A stretch of 64,000 nucleotides of DNA from Candidatus Saccharimonadota bacterium (GCA_003962975.1 RXKC01000005.1:52751-116750), one strand, 5' to 3'; counted from the first letter of the stretch, positions 8,960 through 21,500 are shown. The notes: generated by a model not told the origin, from the letters alone. Program-made: numbers and translations.

Positions 8960-9862
8960 GTGTGCTCGCCAGGAGGCTGTGTGTTAAATACGCTCTTAAA
9001 TAATCTCTTGGGCTCTGCAACCAGCGATGGTCCGCATATTGCTCTGGCCCCAGAAACGGTCACCAAACTGGGCGGTTTTACGATCACGAACTCTACGATT
9101 TACGGCGTTATCTGTGCCATATTGCTGGCCGCGTTACTTCTGACTGCTAGCCGTAAAGTACGCGTAAAAGCTGTTGCTGGCTTTACTCAAATTGTTGAAA
9201 TTCTCATGGAATTTGTGATTGGCCTCATTGAAGGACCAATTGGCTCACGCAAGAAAGCAGCTCAATACGCCCCAATCTTTGGGGCGTTTTTCTTCTTTAT
9301 TATCTTTAGCAACATCATGGGTATCATGCCCTGGGTTGGTCCAGGTATCACTGCTACCACAGCAGAAGGAGTTATCCCTCTCTTTCGCGCGTTCACAGCT
9401 GATCTGAACGGTACTATTGCTATGGCCGTAACCGGTATTGTGGCTGTTCAGTACCTATCTATCAAAGAGTCTGGTTTCTTGGGTCACCTCAAACATTACT
9501 TTACCGACAAGCCCTTTAATCCCATCAACATGTTCATTGGTTTGCTCGAAGTATTTGGTGAGTTTACCCGCATGATTAGTTTAAGTCTTCGTTTGTTCTT
9601 GAACACCGTTGTCGGTGAAATCTTGATTGCAGTCTTTGCCTTTATTGGCCGGGACTTCCAGTCATTTACGATTTTACCCATTGCGATGTTCGAGATCCTG
9701 GTTGCCGGCATCCAGGCCTACGTATTTACGGTGCTCTGCGCCACATACCTAGGTCTTGCGATTGCGCATGGCCACCATGACGACGAGCACCCTCATAACG
9801 AGACTGACGCGGTCGAAGCCGGTCTTACGGGTGAAACATCAACAAAACCATTAACCAATTAA
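8960..9862 (+). CDS. atpB: F0F1 ATP synthase subunit a
   Basis: Polytopic membrane ORF with the conserved LSLRLFLN (essential Arg) block. It is the first gene of the atp operon. The start is uncertain (GTG 8960 or GTG 8981). Confidence 0.85.
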   Translation: MCSPGGCVLNTLLNNLLGSATSDGPHIALAPETVTKLGGFTITNSTIYGVICAILLAALLLTASRKVRVKAVAGFTQIVEILMEFVIGLIEGPIGSRKKAAQYAPIFGAFFFFIIFSNIMGIMPWVGPGITATTAEGVIPLFRAFTADLNGTIAMAVTGIVAVQYLSIKESGFLGHLKHYFTDKPFNPINMFIGLLEVFGEFTRMISLSLRLFLNTVVGEILIAVFAFIGRDFQSFTILPIAMFEILVAGIQAYVFTVLCATYLGLAIAHGHHDDEHPHNETDAVEAGLTGETSTKPLTN

Positions 9863-9921
9863 TATCCATCTGACCGTTCTTTTTTAGGGCACAGATGGTG
9901 AATAACTAAGGGGAACATATA

Positions 9922-10188
9922 ATGGGACCACAATTAACACGATTCGCAGCAGAAGCTGCTGAAGTCACCCAACGCGGCGGTTGGAACCCAACTGCTTCAA
10001 AAGCTTTCATGCTTGGTATCGCCTTCTTTGGTGCTGCTATGGGTCTTGGCCTTGTTGGCCAGGCATACATGAAGGCCTTGGGACGTAACCCAGAAGCTGG
10101 TAAAGCAGCTGGTCAAGTTGTGATTATCGCAGCTATGATCGAGGTTACGGCGCTACTAGCCTTCCTAGGCGCCATCATCGTCAAATAA
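9922..10188 (+). CDS. atpE: F0F1 ATP synthase subunit c
   Basis: 88-aa hairpin proteolipid with a RNPE loop and an IEVTAL carboxylate helix. A good RBS (AAGGGG) lies upstream. Confidence 0.9.
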   Translation: MGPQLTRFAAEAAEVTQRGGWNPTASKAFMLGIAFFGAAMGLGLVGQAYMKALGRNPEAGKAAGQVVIIAAMIEVTALLAFLGAIIVK

Positions 10189-10200
10189 GGATTTGCATTC

Positions 10201-10389
10201 ATGCTGAGTACACCACAACCCAAACACCTCCGATTCGCACTTACCGTACCTTCCAGTACGGCTCGTTTGCGATTCTCGGCGTTTCGGCGTGCTGTATCTC
10301 AGCATGAGCTAAATCTAGTATCGGGAAATAATACCGGTACTAACTTTACTCAGATGATGAACAATATAAATGAAATGGAGATCCTGTAA
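10201..10389 (+). CDS. hypothetical 62-aa ORF filling the atpE-atpF spacer (uncertain; may be non-coding structured RNA)
   Basis: The ATG lies 9 nt after TAAGGA. The stop TAA overlaps the atpF ATG (TAATG). The same DNA carries long-range inverted repeats, so whether it is coding is unclear. Confidence 0.3.
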   Translation: MLSTPQPKHLRFALTVPSSTARLRFSAFRRAVSQHELNLVSGNNTGTNFTQMMNNINEMEIL

Positions 10390-10928
10390 TGGTGAACCCG
10401 CTATTACTGGTTGCATCTGAAGCTGCTGAAAAAGAAGGCATTGCAGTCCTTGGTATCGATCCTAAGGCAATCTTGCTGCAGGCTGGTACGTTTTTACTGC
10501 TCTTCTTTATTGTTAAGAAGTTTGCCCTGCGCGGTATTGTCGACACACTTGAAAAGCGTCGCAAGACTATCGATAAGGGTGTAAAGCTTGGCATTGAAAT
10601 GCAGGCAGCTAAAGAAAAGTTTGATGAAGAGCTCGAAGCTATGCAGCAGAAGGCCCGTAAGCAAGCTGATGAAATTCTGACTGGTGCGGCAGCCGAGGCA
10701 GCGCAAATCATTCGTGATGGCGAAGCCAGCGCAGCCAAAAAAGTTGACGCCATGCTCAAAGACGCAGGCGTGCGCATCGAACGCGAGATGGAAACAGCTC
10801 GTCGCGAACTGCGTGGTGAAATGCTGACACTTATTTCAGAAGCAACCGAAGTAATCATCGACGAAAAAGTTGATGCTAAAAAAGATGCATCGCTTATCGA
10901 GCGTGCACTAGCAAAGGTACGGGCGTAA
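10389..10928 (+). CDS. atpF: F0F1 ATP synthase subunit b
   Basis: 179 aa with an N-terminal TM segment (GTFLLLFFIVKKF) and a long charged helix, in the position between c and delta. Confidence 0.85.
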   Translation: MVNPLLLVASEAAEKEGIAVLGIDPKAILLQAGTFLLLFFIVKKFALRGIVDTLEKRRKTIDKGVKLGIEMQAAKEKFDEELEAMQQKARKQADEILTGAAAEAAQIIRDGEASAAKKVDAMLKDAGVRIEREMETARRELRGEMLTLISEATEVIIDEKVDAKKDASLIERALAKVRA

Positions 10929-10929
10929 C

Positions 10930-11322
10930 ATGGCACGAGCAACAAACTCAACCATCGCCCGTGCCCTGCTAGCCGACATCGACGCCGGCAAAGATATGCA
11001 AACAATTACCGAATCATTGGCGGCATACCTAGTGCAAGAACGCCGATTGGGTGACCTGAATGCAATTTTGCGTGATGTCGAGCGGCAGTTGTTCACGCAA
11101 CGTGGTGTGCTGTATGTGCATGCTGATGTGGCTCGGCCAATGAGTGAGCAGCAAAAACAAGACGTAACAAGTATCTTCCAGGCGCAATCAGGTGCAAAAG
11201 AAGTAGTTATCGAAGAAACAATTAATAAAGGTGTAATTGGCGGCGTGCGTTTGACCACAGCTGATCAGCAGCTAGATTTGACCGTGCGCCGACAATTACA
11301 GCGACTAAAGAGCGTAGGTTAG
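10930..11322 (+). CDS. atpH: F0F1 ATP synthase subunit delta (short, 130 aa)
   Basis: Operon position plus the C-terminal OSCP-like block VIGGVRLTTADQQLDLTVRRQL. It is shorter at the N-terminus than typical ~180-aa delta subunits. Confidence 0.75.
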   Translation: MARATNSTIARALLADIDAGKDMQTITESLAAYLVQERRLGDLNAILRDVERQLFTQRGVLYVHADVARPMSEQQKQDVTSIFQAQSGAKEVVIEETINKGVIGGVRLTTADQQLDLTVRRQLQRLKSVG

Positions 11323-11331
11323 GAGTTTACT

Positions 11332-12867
11332 GTGGCAGTAGAGATGAATATTAAAGAACTAAGCCAGGACATTCGCGAAGCGATTGCCAGCCTGAAGAGT
11401 AGTCCAGAAATTGAAAGTGTTGGTATTGTTACTCGCGTTGGTGACGGTATTGCCTGGATCTATGGTCTGCAAAACTGTGGCTATAACGAAATGATCGAAA
11501 TTGAAGGTGACGACGTCAGCGTACCAGCGTTTGCGCTCAACCTACAAGAGGGTGAGATCGGTGCCGTATTGATGGGCGAAGACGTTAATGTAAAGGCTGG
11601 CATGCGTGCCAAGTTGACCGGACGCGTTATGGAGATCCCTGTTGGCCCAGAACTAGTTGGCCGCGTCGTTGACCCACTTGGTCGCCCACTTGATGACAAG
11701 GGTCCGATTAAGTCTAAGCAAATGGGTCTACTCGAGCAAAATGCTCCGGGCGTACTTGACCGTAAAAGTGTGCACGAACCAATGATGACAGGCCTGATGT
11801 CAATTGACGCCATGGTGCCGATTGGTCGTGGCCAGCGTGAGCTGATTATTGGTGACCGCCAGACAGGTAAAACTGCCGTAGCTGTCGACACCATGATCAA
11901 CCAGTACCGCCAGAAGTCAGGTGTTATTAATATCTACGTTGCTGTTGGTCAGAAGCTCAGCAAAGTCTCTCGCATCATCGAGCGACTAAAACGCGAAGGC
12001 GTTATGGATCAAACCATCGTGGTAGCTACCAGTGCATCTGACCCTGCTTCATTGCAGTACCTGGCTCCATATGCCGGTGCAACCATCGGTGAGTACTTCC
12101 GTGATAACGGCCAACATGCTCTTATTACCTATGATGACCTTTCCAAGCACGCTGTTGCCTACCGACAAATGTCACTATTGCTGCGTCGTCCACCGGGCCG
12201 CGAAGCCTACCCTGGTGATGTGTTCTACCTGCACTCACGCTTGCTCGAACGAGCTGCAAAACTGAGTGACGAAAAAGGTGGTGGTAGCTTGACTGCTCTG
12301 CCAATCATCGAGACTCAGGCTGGAGACATTTCTGCCTATATTCCAACCAACGTGATTTCTATTACCGACGGACAGATCTTTATGGAAACGAACCTGTTTA
12401 ACCAGGGTATCCGACCAGCTGTTTCAGTAGGTTTGTCGGTTTCTCGTGTGGGTGGCTCTGCGCAGACCAAAGCCGTTAAGAGTGTTGCTGGTTCGCTACG
12501 ACTTGACCTAGCCCAGTTCCGCGAACTCGCGGCTTTTGCTCAGTTTGGTAGTGACCTGGATGCAGAGACCAAAGCAAAGATCGAACGCGGTCAGCGTTTG
12601 ACCGAGCTTCTTAAGCAGCCACAGTACAGCCCATTGGGTATCTGGGAGCAAACTGCTTCCCTATTGGCAGCCACCGAAGGTGCTTTCGATGACATTCCTG
12701 TCGCTAACATCAAGCCAGCTCAGGCTTCTCTTCTGCAAGAATTGAAGAGTCAGTACAAGAAAGAAATGGAAGAGCTCAACAAGGGCGACAAGCCAAGCGA
12801 CAAGACCAAAGAAATTATCCTCAAAGTTGCACGAAGCGTAGCTAAGGGACAATCAAAGGAAGACTAA
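11332..12867 (+). CDS. atpA: F0F1 ATP synthase subunit alpha
   Basis: 511 aa with Walker A GDRQTGKT and typical alpha blocks ([29 protein letters not shown]). GTG start. Confidence 0.95.
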   Translation: MAVEMNIKELSQDIREAIASLKSSPEIESVGIVTRVGDGIAWIYGLQNCGYNEMIEIEGDDVSVPAFALNLQEGEIGAVLMGEDVNVKAGMRAKLTGRVMEIPVGPELVGRVVDPLGRPLDDKGPIKSKQMGLLEQNAPGVLDRKSVHEPMMTGLMSIDAMVPIGRGQRELIIGDRQTGKTAVAVDTMINQYRQKSGVINIYVAVGQKLSKVSRIIERLKREGVMDQTIVVATSASDPASLQYLAPYAGATIGEYFRDNGQHALITYDDLSKHAVAYRQMSLLLRRPPGREAYPGDVFYLHSRLLERAAKLSDEKGGGSLTALPIIETQAGDISAYIPTNVISITDGQIFMETNLFNQGIRPAVSVGLSVSRVGGSAQTKAVKSVAGSLRLDLAQFRELAAFAQFGSDLDAETKAKIERGQRLTELLKQPQYSPLGIWEQTASLLAATEGAFDDIPVANIKPAQASLLQELKSQYKKEMEELNKGDKPSDKTKEIILKVARSVAKGQSKED

Positions 12868-12870
12868 AAA

Positions 12871-13736
12871 ATGGCTAGTCGGCAACAACTAAAAGCACGC
12901 ATCACGAGTGTTAAAAGCACTAAGCAGATTACTAAGGCTATGGAGCTGGTTAGCGCCAGCAAGATGCGTCGTGCTCAGGAGTTGGCGCTCAGAAGTCGTG
13001 ATTACCGCAACCTGGCCCGCCAGATCTTGGCTCGTTTGCGTGAGTTAACTGATGTACGCAAGCATCCGTTATACGAGCAGCGAGCTATCAAGACTCGTTT
13101 ACATGTCATTGTAACCAGCAACCGTGGTCTCGCCGGTGCCTATAACAGTAATATCCTCAAGCAGCTAACCCGCGAACTTCTGGCCGACAAGCAAGCAGGA
13201 ATCGCGAGCCAAGCTATTGTGATTGGTAAACAAGGTGCTCGGTTTATCGTGCGATTTGAGCATGTAGAAGTAGTGGCTGCTTACCAAGACTTGCCTGACC
13301 ACCATACCGCTAACGATATTCGTCCTATTATGGACACCATCGTTGATAAGTTTCGCAGTGGTGAGATCGATGCAGCAGATATTACATACACAGACTATAA
13401 GTCTAGTATTGCTCAAGAAGTAACTATCGAACGACTGCTGCCTGCAGCATACGTAGAAGATCCTATTGAGCCAGATCTCGAAAACGCCGTCTTTGAACCA
13501 TCTCCACAAATTGTTCTTGAAGAAATAACTGAGCGACTTATCGAGGCTCAGCTTAATCAAGCCTTCATGGAATCTTCTGCCAGCGAACAATCTATGCGCA
13601 TGATGGCTATGAAGAATGCTACCGACAACGCCAGTGACCTCATCGAAGATCTTACACTTGCATTTAACACGGCTCGACAAGCCGCCATTACCCAGGAACT
13701 AGCAGAAATAACTGGTGGAGCGGAGGCAATCAAGTA

Positions 13737-13737
<1 letters not shown>
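12871..13737 (+). CDS. atpG: F0F1 ATP synthase subunit gamma
   Basis: 288 aa with the N-terminal IKARITSVKSTKQITKAMELVSASKMRRAQ block and the C-terminal ITQELAEITGGAEA block. Confidence 0.95.
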
Positions 13738-15411
<1,674 letters not shown>

Positions 15412-15412
<1 letters not shown>

Positions 15413-15705
15413 TGGGCATGGGTATTACTGAGCCAGGTGGTGTTGGGTACGATGCACTAGCTGCAACTATGCATGATGTTGATCCTTTTTCCCAAGGTGG
15501 CTATGGAGCTTCGCTGGGATATCTTGAAGAGCTTGGCTCGTTAACTCGAGCAGTTGATGATCGTGCAAAGCTGCTTGCGAGCGCTGCAGTCGCGTCACGT
15601 AACGAAGGTAGTGACATGGCCGCAATGAGGCTTGAAGCTGACCGACAAATTGTAGCCGAGATGGCCGTACTGCTTGGCGTTAGCATCGAGGATGTCCGTT
15701 CATGA
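15412..15705 (+). CDS. hypothetical acidic 97-aa protein inserted between atpD and atpC
   Basis: The ORF exactly fills the gap. Its ATG overlaps the atpD stop (TAATG at 15410-15414). Its TGA overlaps the atpC ATG (ATGA at 15702-15705). I recognise no family. Confidence 0.6.
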
Positions 15706-16127
15706 TCACGTTTGAGCTGGTTACGTTAGACGGTACTAAGTTTGGTGAAGAAGTCTACGAAGTGGTCTTGCCAACTGCTGATGGCTACATCGCTGTCTTC
15801 CCTAACCACATGCCGCTAGTGAGCATTGCTAGCCCGGGTGTCATTAGTGTGCGCCGCAAGCAAGGTGATCCAGATACAAAGCTGGAATATTTTGCGAGCA
15901 ATGGTGGCGTTATTGAAATCGCTGATAACACAGTGCGTGTGCTTGTAGATGCTGCTGATCGTGAGGATGAAATCAACGAAGCAGAAGCTCAGAAAGCTTT
16001 TGATCAGGCCCAGGCCTTACGCCGTGATGCCAAAGATGAGATTTCTCTCCAGCATGCGCAGCAATTAGTAGACCGCCAAGCAGTACGACTGCAGGTTGCC
16101 GGTCTGCGTCGTCAAAAACGTCGCTAG
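15702..16127 (+). CDS. atpC: F0F1 ATP synthase subunit epsilon
   Basis: 141 aa with a beta-sandwich N-terminus (FELVTLDG...VLPTADGYIAVFPNHMPL) and a helical C-terminus. It is the last gene of the operon. Confidence 0.9.
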   Translation: MITFELVTLDGTKFGEEVYEVVLPTADGYIAVFPNHMPLVSIASPGVISVRRKQGDPDTKLEYFASNGGVIEIADNTVRVLVDAADREDEINEAEAQKAFDQAQALRRDAKDEISLQHAQQLVDRQAVRLQVAGLRRQKRR

Positions 16128-16135
16128 CCCATTAC

Positions 16136-16570
16136 CTAAAGGTATAAGTTTTCTTGCTGTCGCACTGTTGAGCTCAGCATTTGTTGGCAGGCTCGCCTCA
16201 GTAACGGTGGTGTAGAAGCATTTCTGAACTGGACCGTAGCGACACTGCGTCTTTGCTCTGGTGACATGACAAGCTCAAGCATAGCTGGTCCGGTGTTTCG
16301 GGCGTGTTCCATAGCTAAGGCAAACGCTTCCCCAAACAGAGTTGTTATTTGCTCGTAGCCTCCAATTTCATCAATCGCGCGCCAATCAACTTGGCTAGGA
16401 CGCACGGGATACTGTTGGTCGAGAGTCAAAGAAACGGCTACGCCGAGGGCAATGGTATACGTGTTGTTGGGCTGTTCTATGCCCCAACCAAGCCGTGCCG
16501 TAGTAAGCTGCTGATCTGGGCGATGCTCGCAGACTACAGATATAGTGTCGCTTCCCGGCAAGACAACCAT
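16136..16570 (-). CDS. hypothetical protein
   Basis: 144-aa ORF convergent with atpC. I recognise no motif. Confidence 0.4.
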   Translation of the reverse strand: MVVLPGSDTISVVCEHRPDQQLTTARLGWGIEQPNNTYTIALGVAVSLTLDQQYPVRPSQVDWRAIDEIGGYEQITTLFGEAFALAMEHARNTGPAMLELVMSPEQRRSVATVQFRNASTPPLLRRACQQMLSSTVRQQENLYL

Positions 16571-16631
16571 ACATGTAGTATAGAGTTTTTTAAAAGATTA
16601 CATGGTGATATATGTCACGTTTGCAACGACG

Positions 16632-16660
16632 TTGACCTCTGTAATTGAACTGTGTATAAT
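16632..16660 (+). promoter_or_regulatory. sigma70-like promoter (TTGACC-17 nt-TATAAT)
   Basis: TTGACC at 16632-16637 and TATAAT at 16655-16660 with an exact 17-nt spacer, about 50 nt upstream of the ORF starting at 16711/16729. Confidence 0.55.
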
Positions 16661-16710
16661 CACGTCTGGATTTCAAAAATAACAATCTTTTAGGGAGCGA
16701 GTACGAGTTC

Positions 16711-17658
16711 ATGGAACGAGGAGAAGGCATGCAAAATAGAATGGAGGCAGAAACAGCTATGACAGCAGTAATTACCGCAGATTTAGGCGCAAATAACCTA
16801 GGCGCAATTGGGCCAACACAGCTCGATGACAGTGTTCGCGCTGGTATCGATCAAGAAATTGACCGACCTGAACTGAGAGTAGCAGTTGATACGACTCGTT
16901 GGTGCTGTGTTGATGGACGATGCAAGTTCCATTCTCAGCCAGGCGAAGCACAACCAGGCCAGATCGCCGGTTCGTTAACGACAACCGAAGTTTCGGTTGA
17001 GTTTATGGTCAACCCGGAACCAACCAAGCAAAGTGAGATTGTTGACCAAAAATCTAAAGAAGCTGCCGAAGACGGTATTACAGTAGAAGACCATGGCGAT
17101 GAAGGCAAAGCTGAAGACGGTTGTGGTGCCAAAGCTCACCAGCGACGAGTTCTTGCTCATATGGCTGAAAATGTGGACATTGTTGCCCCGCGCGCAGTGA
17201 CAGTTGGTAATGCGGCTGGACTTGATAAGTATGGTGTGAATCCAGACGAAGTTGTTGCGGCAATTGTACAAGGTGGCGAAGCTGCAGCTGATGACACTCT
17301 ATGGGATGTTACTCCAAAAGAAGCAGCCGACATTGTGCGAGATAATGGCGGTGAATACCGAGAACTTACTGGTAAGCACCTGGAACTGAAAGCAGTTGTG
17401 GAACTTGCCAAAGACAAGACCTTTGATGGTACGGTCTTCGCAGAACGACAGATCGCTGAATACGGCGAAGAAGCCCAAGTATTCGTGGTATCTTTGGGTG
17501 CATACGTTGACATGCAGTTCGAGCGTGGTCGCAAGCGTGGTAAGACAGATCAGCAAATTGCACTTGAGTGTTACGCGGCAATTGCCTTCCAGATTGGTGT
17601 CTGTAAGGTGCTTGGTAACGAGAACCTTGAAGCCGGCCTGTTGCCAGCAGCAGCCTAA
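16711..17658 (+). CDS. hypothetical acidic protein
   Basis: 315-aa ORF. An alternative start at 16729 (MQNRM) has a better-spaced GGAG. I recognise no family. Confidence 0.5.
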   Translation: MERGEGMQNRMEAETAMTAVITADLGANNLGAIGPTQLDDSVRAGIDQEIDRPELRVAVDTTRWCCVDGRCKFHSQPGEAQPGQIAGSLTTTEVSVEFMVNPEPTKQSEIVDQKSKEAAEDGITVEDHGDEGKAEDGCGAKAHQRRVLAHMAENVDIVAPRAVTVGNAAGLDKYGVNPDEVVAAIVQGGEAAADDTLWDVTPKEAADIVRDNGGEYRELTGKHLELKAVVELAKDKTFDGTVFAERQIAEYGEEAQVFVVSLGAYVDMQFERGRKRGKTDQQIALECYAAIAFQIGVCKVLGNENLEAGLLPAAA

Positions 17659-17679
17659 TTTGTTTGCTTGATAGGCTAA

Positions 17680-17697
17680 CAGTAGTAAAAACTACTG
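17680..17697 (+). terminator. hairpin downstream of 16711..17658 (possible terminator)
   Basis: Perfect 7-bp stem CAGTAGT-aaaa-ACTACTG. There is no immediate T-run; T-rich sequence follows after ~10 nt. Confidence 0.35.
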
Positions 17698-17771
17698 CGT
17701 CAGTTATTTGCTGTTTTGTGTCTTTTGTATTATTGTTTAACCATTAGTTATTCCTAATCAAGGAGGGGTTC

Positions 17772-18509
17772 ATGATAAGTCGTCAAAAAGTCGCCATGGT
17801 GGTGGCTGAATTAATGGGAGTTGTTGTTCTGGCTTTGGCAGTCTATGCTATGGTCGGTCGAACTACCTTCCCACTGTTTGCTGGACTTGCTGCCGGTACC
17901 GTACTAGCACTGCTTGTACATACTATTGGCGCAACATCTGGTGCTCACGTAAACCCAGCGGTTACGCTTGGTCTATGGAGCGTTCGAAAAGTTAAGACCA
18001 CACAGGCAATCATCTACATTGCTGTGCAAATGCTCGGTGGTCTGGCAGCATGGAAGTTAGCAGAATACTTCCTCGGCTCAGATCTTCAAAGTCTGGCCGG
18101 CGAAACATTTAGCTGGAAAGTATTGTGGGCTGAACTCGCTGGTACCTTTATCTTTGGCTTTGGTATCGCTAGCGCTGTGTACCAAAAGTACGAAGGCGGA
18201 AAGCTTGCATTTACTGTAGGCGCTTCACTAACAGTTGGTATTCTGGTTGCCTCATTGGCATCAAATGGTGTGCTTAACCCTGCCGTTGCAGTTGGTCTGC
18301 AATCATGGAGCTGGGCATATGCCGCTGGACCAATCGCCGGTTCAATTTTGGGTATGAATGTATACGCCATATTGTTTACTGATGAGATTACTTTCAAGCG
18401 ACCAAAACTTGCTCGAGCTAAAGCAGCACCGGCTGCTGTTAAGAAGCCAATCAAGAAAGTAGCTGCTAAAAAAACAACTACAAAAAAGACAACCAAAAAG
18501 CGCAAATAG
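17772..18509 (+). CDS. MIP-family channel (aquaporin/glycerol facilitator) with Lys/Ala-rich C-terminal tail
   Basis: Two NPA boxes (HVNPAVTLG, LNPAVAVG), six hydrophobic segments and a strong RBS (AAGGAGG). The C-terminus reads KLARAKAAPAAVKKPIKKVAAKKTTTKKTTKKRK. Confidence 0.9.
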   Translation: MISRQKVAMVVAELMGVVVLALAVYAMVGRTTFPLFAGLAAGTVLALLVHTIGATSGAHVNPAVTLGLWSVRKVKTTQAIIYIAVQMLGGLAAWKLAEYFLGSDLQSLAGETFSWKVLWAELAGTFIFGFGIASAVYQKYEGGKLAFTVGASLTVGILVASLASNGVLNPAVAVGLQSWSWAYAAGPIAGSILGMNVYAILFTDEITFKRPKLARAKAAPAAVKKPIKKVAAKKTTTKKTTKKRK

Positions 18510-18529
18510 TTAACGCGTTGTTGCAAACG

Positions 18530-18556
18530 AAAGACCCTGCTACTGCGGGGTCTTTT
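18530..18556. terminator. bidirectional intrinsic terminator between convergent genes
   Basis: AAAGACCC-(10 nt loop)-GGGTCTTT, with an A-run on one side and a T-run on the other. It lies between the aquaporin stop (18509) and the helicase stop (18555). Confidence 0.6.
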
Positions 18557-21500
18557 ATATTTTCTTAGTCAACAGGTCTTCAATAAACGTGGTGATTCCA
18601 GAATAATCTGCAGAGTAGTTAGTAGTATCTGGTAAGTTGAGCGTCATAATTTTAGGCCAAATTACGGTAATTAGTGCCTCTAATTCATCGATCTCTTCTG
18701 TGCTTGGGTTATATTCACGGATAAGCTCTTTGCTAGCACTAGCCTCTAAATACCACAGCTGTCCTTTGACCTCTTGGGCTTTAAAACGACTACTGTTTTT
18801 GAGCAGCATGGCATAAAAGATCAACTGGGTTCTATGTCGCCAAGCTTTTGTGACTTTAGATTGATCACGAGTTGTTAGGCTACTAAGTGGCTTTCCAGTT
18901 TTGTAGTCTACGATTGTGATGACGGTATCTTTTTGGTCGATGCGGTCGAGTGTTCCATTTACGCGAGCCTGACCAATACGTACGTCTGATAGTTTTTGTT
19001 CGGGCAGTCCACCCTTGCCTATCCAAAAGGTGTCACTCGCTAAAAGCTTGGTGAGCAAATCTTGCCCGTGAATGTTAAAGCGAGCCTCTTCATTCTTTGG
19101 TAGTTGCTGCTGTGCCAAGGCTTTTTCAAATTGTTGCAACACTTTCTTTGTGTGCAGGGCATCAGCATTGACGGCAATTTGCGCGTACTCAAGTGCGCTA
19201 TGCATGGCATTACCAAAAGCCATGCTGCTATTGGTGGGACTTGGCAGTGATAGCAAATTAGTTTCCAAGAAATTGGCTGGCCCACCTGTTGTTAGGTCCA
19301 AAAAATTGAGTAGTGCCGAAGCACTCAGACTAAATGTTTCGAGTCGGCCGCGTAAATTCAGTAGTTCATTGCTGACGTTCAGTCGAGGCCAGGCTAGGTG
19401 TTGTTCGAGGACTGCTACTGGTCTGTCGGATACTTCGCTGTCTGCGTCGACAACTGGCAAGACATCAGCAAGCAGTGGCGTGGCTAGTACCTCTTTGCCG
19501 GTTGTGTCTTGCTGGTAGCTCGCAGCAATTAGCGTGCGCTTAGCACGAGTAGCGGCAACATACATGAGTCGTGCAAAATCATCCAAGTCATCACCAACTG
19601 GTTGCAAAGGTAGGTTTGCAGGGCATTTGCGTCCACCGGCATTCGGTCGCCAATGAGCATCGACGGCATTGATGATGTAAACCGTATCAAACTCAAGTCC
19701 CTTTGCTTTGTGGACAGTAAGTAGTTCAACAGCATTATCGCCGGTCACAAAACATGATTCGTCTGCAATAATCTCATCCGTTTCGTAGCTGAGCTGCATG
19801 AACCTTACAAAGTCAGCCAAAGTTGCTTGTGGACCACGAGCAAAATCATGTGCCAGTGTTTCCAGCAATCGTACCGCTGACAAAGTCAGCAGATATTCAC
19901 TATCGATTTTCTTTTCAGAAGTATCAAGATAGTACTGACGCATTGGGCTGGTAATGTTCTGACTTGCCCGCAGGCCAAGCACGTATTCAAGCACAATTGG
20001 CAGCGGCTCTTGGCTAGCCTGCTGACTGAGCCAGAGTAACCAGTTTGCTATTGAAGAAAGTTGTTCGTCGTCAGACTGCAGCATGTACTCGAACCAGCTT
20101 TTATGGGGGTACGTTTTGCTGGCAAGTTCCCACAGTACTTCGGCTGAAATATTCCACATTGGCGCTCTTAGCACGGTCGATAACCAGGCATTAAGTTGGT
20201 CACTATTTCCCTGCTGAATGGCTATGATGCACTGCCCGATGGCATAGATTTGTCGTATGGCTGAGTGATCTAGGATGTTGCTTTGCTGGTCGTATGCGAC
20301 CGGTACATTGGCGGCATGCAGAAGGCTCGCCATGCGACGCAAACTTGCGTGGTCACGAGCCAGTACGGTGATCGAGTGATTGCCCGCTGCATACTCTTTT
20401 GCGATACGTTCAGCGACACCGCTTAGTTCGTATTCTTCAGTTGCATACCGCAGATGAAGTAACTCGCCTGCTTGGCTGGGTGGCTTCTGGGCTTGTAGGT
20501 CTTTGCTGATGCCTGGTTCGCGGTTCACGAGTCGATCTTGTACTGGTTCGATTATCTTTGCACTGGTTTCTAGAATCGCTTGGCTCGAACGGTAGTTGTC
20601 GGTCAGGACAATTATTTCGGTATCAGTATAGCTGCGCTTAAAGGACAGCATATTACTCAGTTCCGCGCCGTTAAACTTATAAATTGACTGGTCGTCATCA
20701 CCGACTGCCATGATGTTTGGTTTGTTGTCATTAGACTCATGGTCGGCAATCAAATGAGCGAGCCTAAGCTGCGCTGCGTTGGTGTCTTGGAACTCGTCAA
20801 TCAGCACGTATTGGAATCGTTCTTGTGCATCAGCTCGCATGCCAGCGTGTTGCTCTAGTTGGGTAATGACTTCGACGATCATGTCAGAGTAGTCGTAGTA
20901 GCCACGCTGGTGTAGTTGTGAGCGGTAGCTTTGGTAGACGCCAGCTAAACTGAGCCACCATTTGTTGCGTTCGCGTTCTTTATGGATTGCTTTACTGCCC
21001 TCAACTGATTGCACCCAGCGCTGTTTCCAGGTACCGGTGTGTTTTGTCTTGCCCGTACCTTCGTCTTTACGTACTGCTTCATGCAGGCTATCTTTGATAA
21101 CCTGACCTAAATCCTGCAGAGGTTCTAGGTTTGTTTGCAATCCTTGGTTTGGGAGTGCTTCGATTCGCCGTACAAGTTCTGGGAGTGCTTTTGCTCGTAA
21201 AGGTGCAGACAATATTTCGCATAGTTCGGCTTCAATGGAATCTATATACGCAAGGTTGGCAGTGATAATCGCCTGTAGTTTTTCTGGAGTTAGTCCGGCT
21301 TCTTTTGCATATTTAAGCGCATTCTTGACGTCTCGACCGGCCGTAAAATTGCCCGCAAAACGCAAAGCCAGTGGATCACTTAATGGGAGGCTAGCAAGAA
21401 TATCCTGAATTATTTCGTTCTGTGTCCAGTCCGGTGCCGTTGATAATCGCGCCCCATTCCAAAAGTAGTCTGGGTACATATTCATGATCTCGGCAGCAAA

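Noticed and set aside
16711-17658. CVDGR ... HGD ... GCGA spacing in the 315-aa protein, reminiscent of beta-carbonic-anhydrase zinc ligands (CxDxR, HxxC).
   Set aside because: The spacing (H-x9-CG) and the surrounding sequence do not fit the beta-CA signature. The resemblance is too weak to support a functional call.
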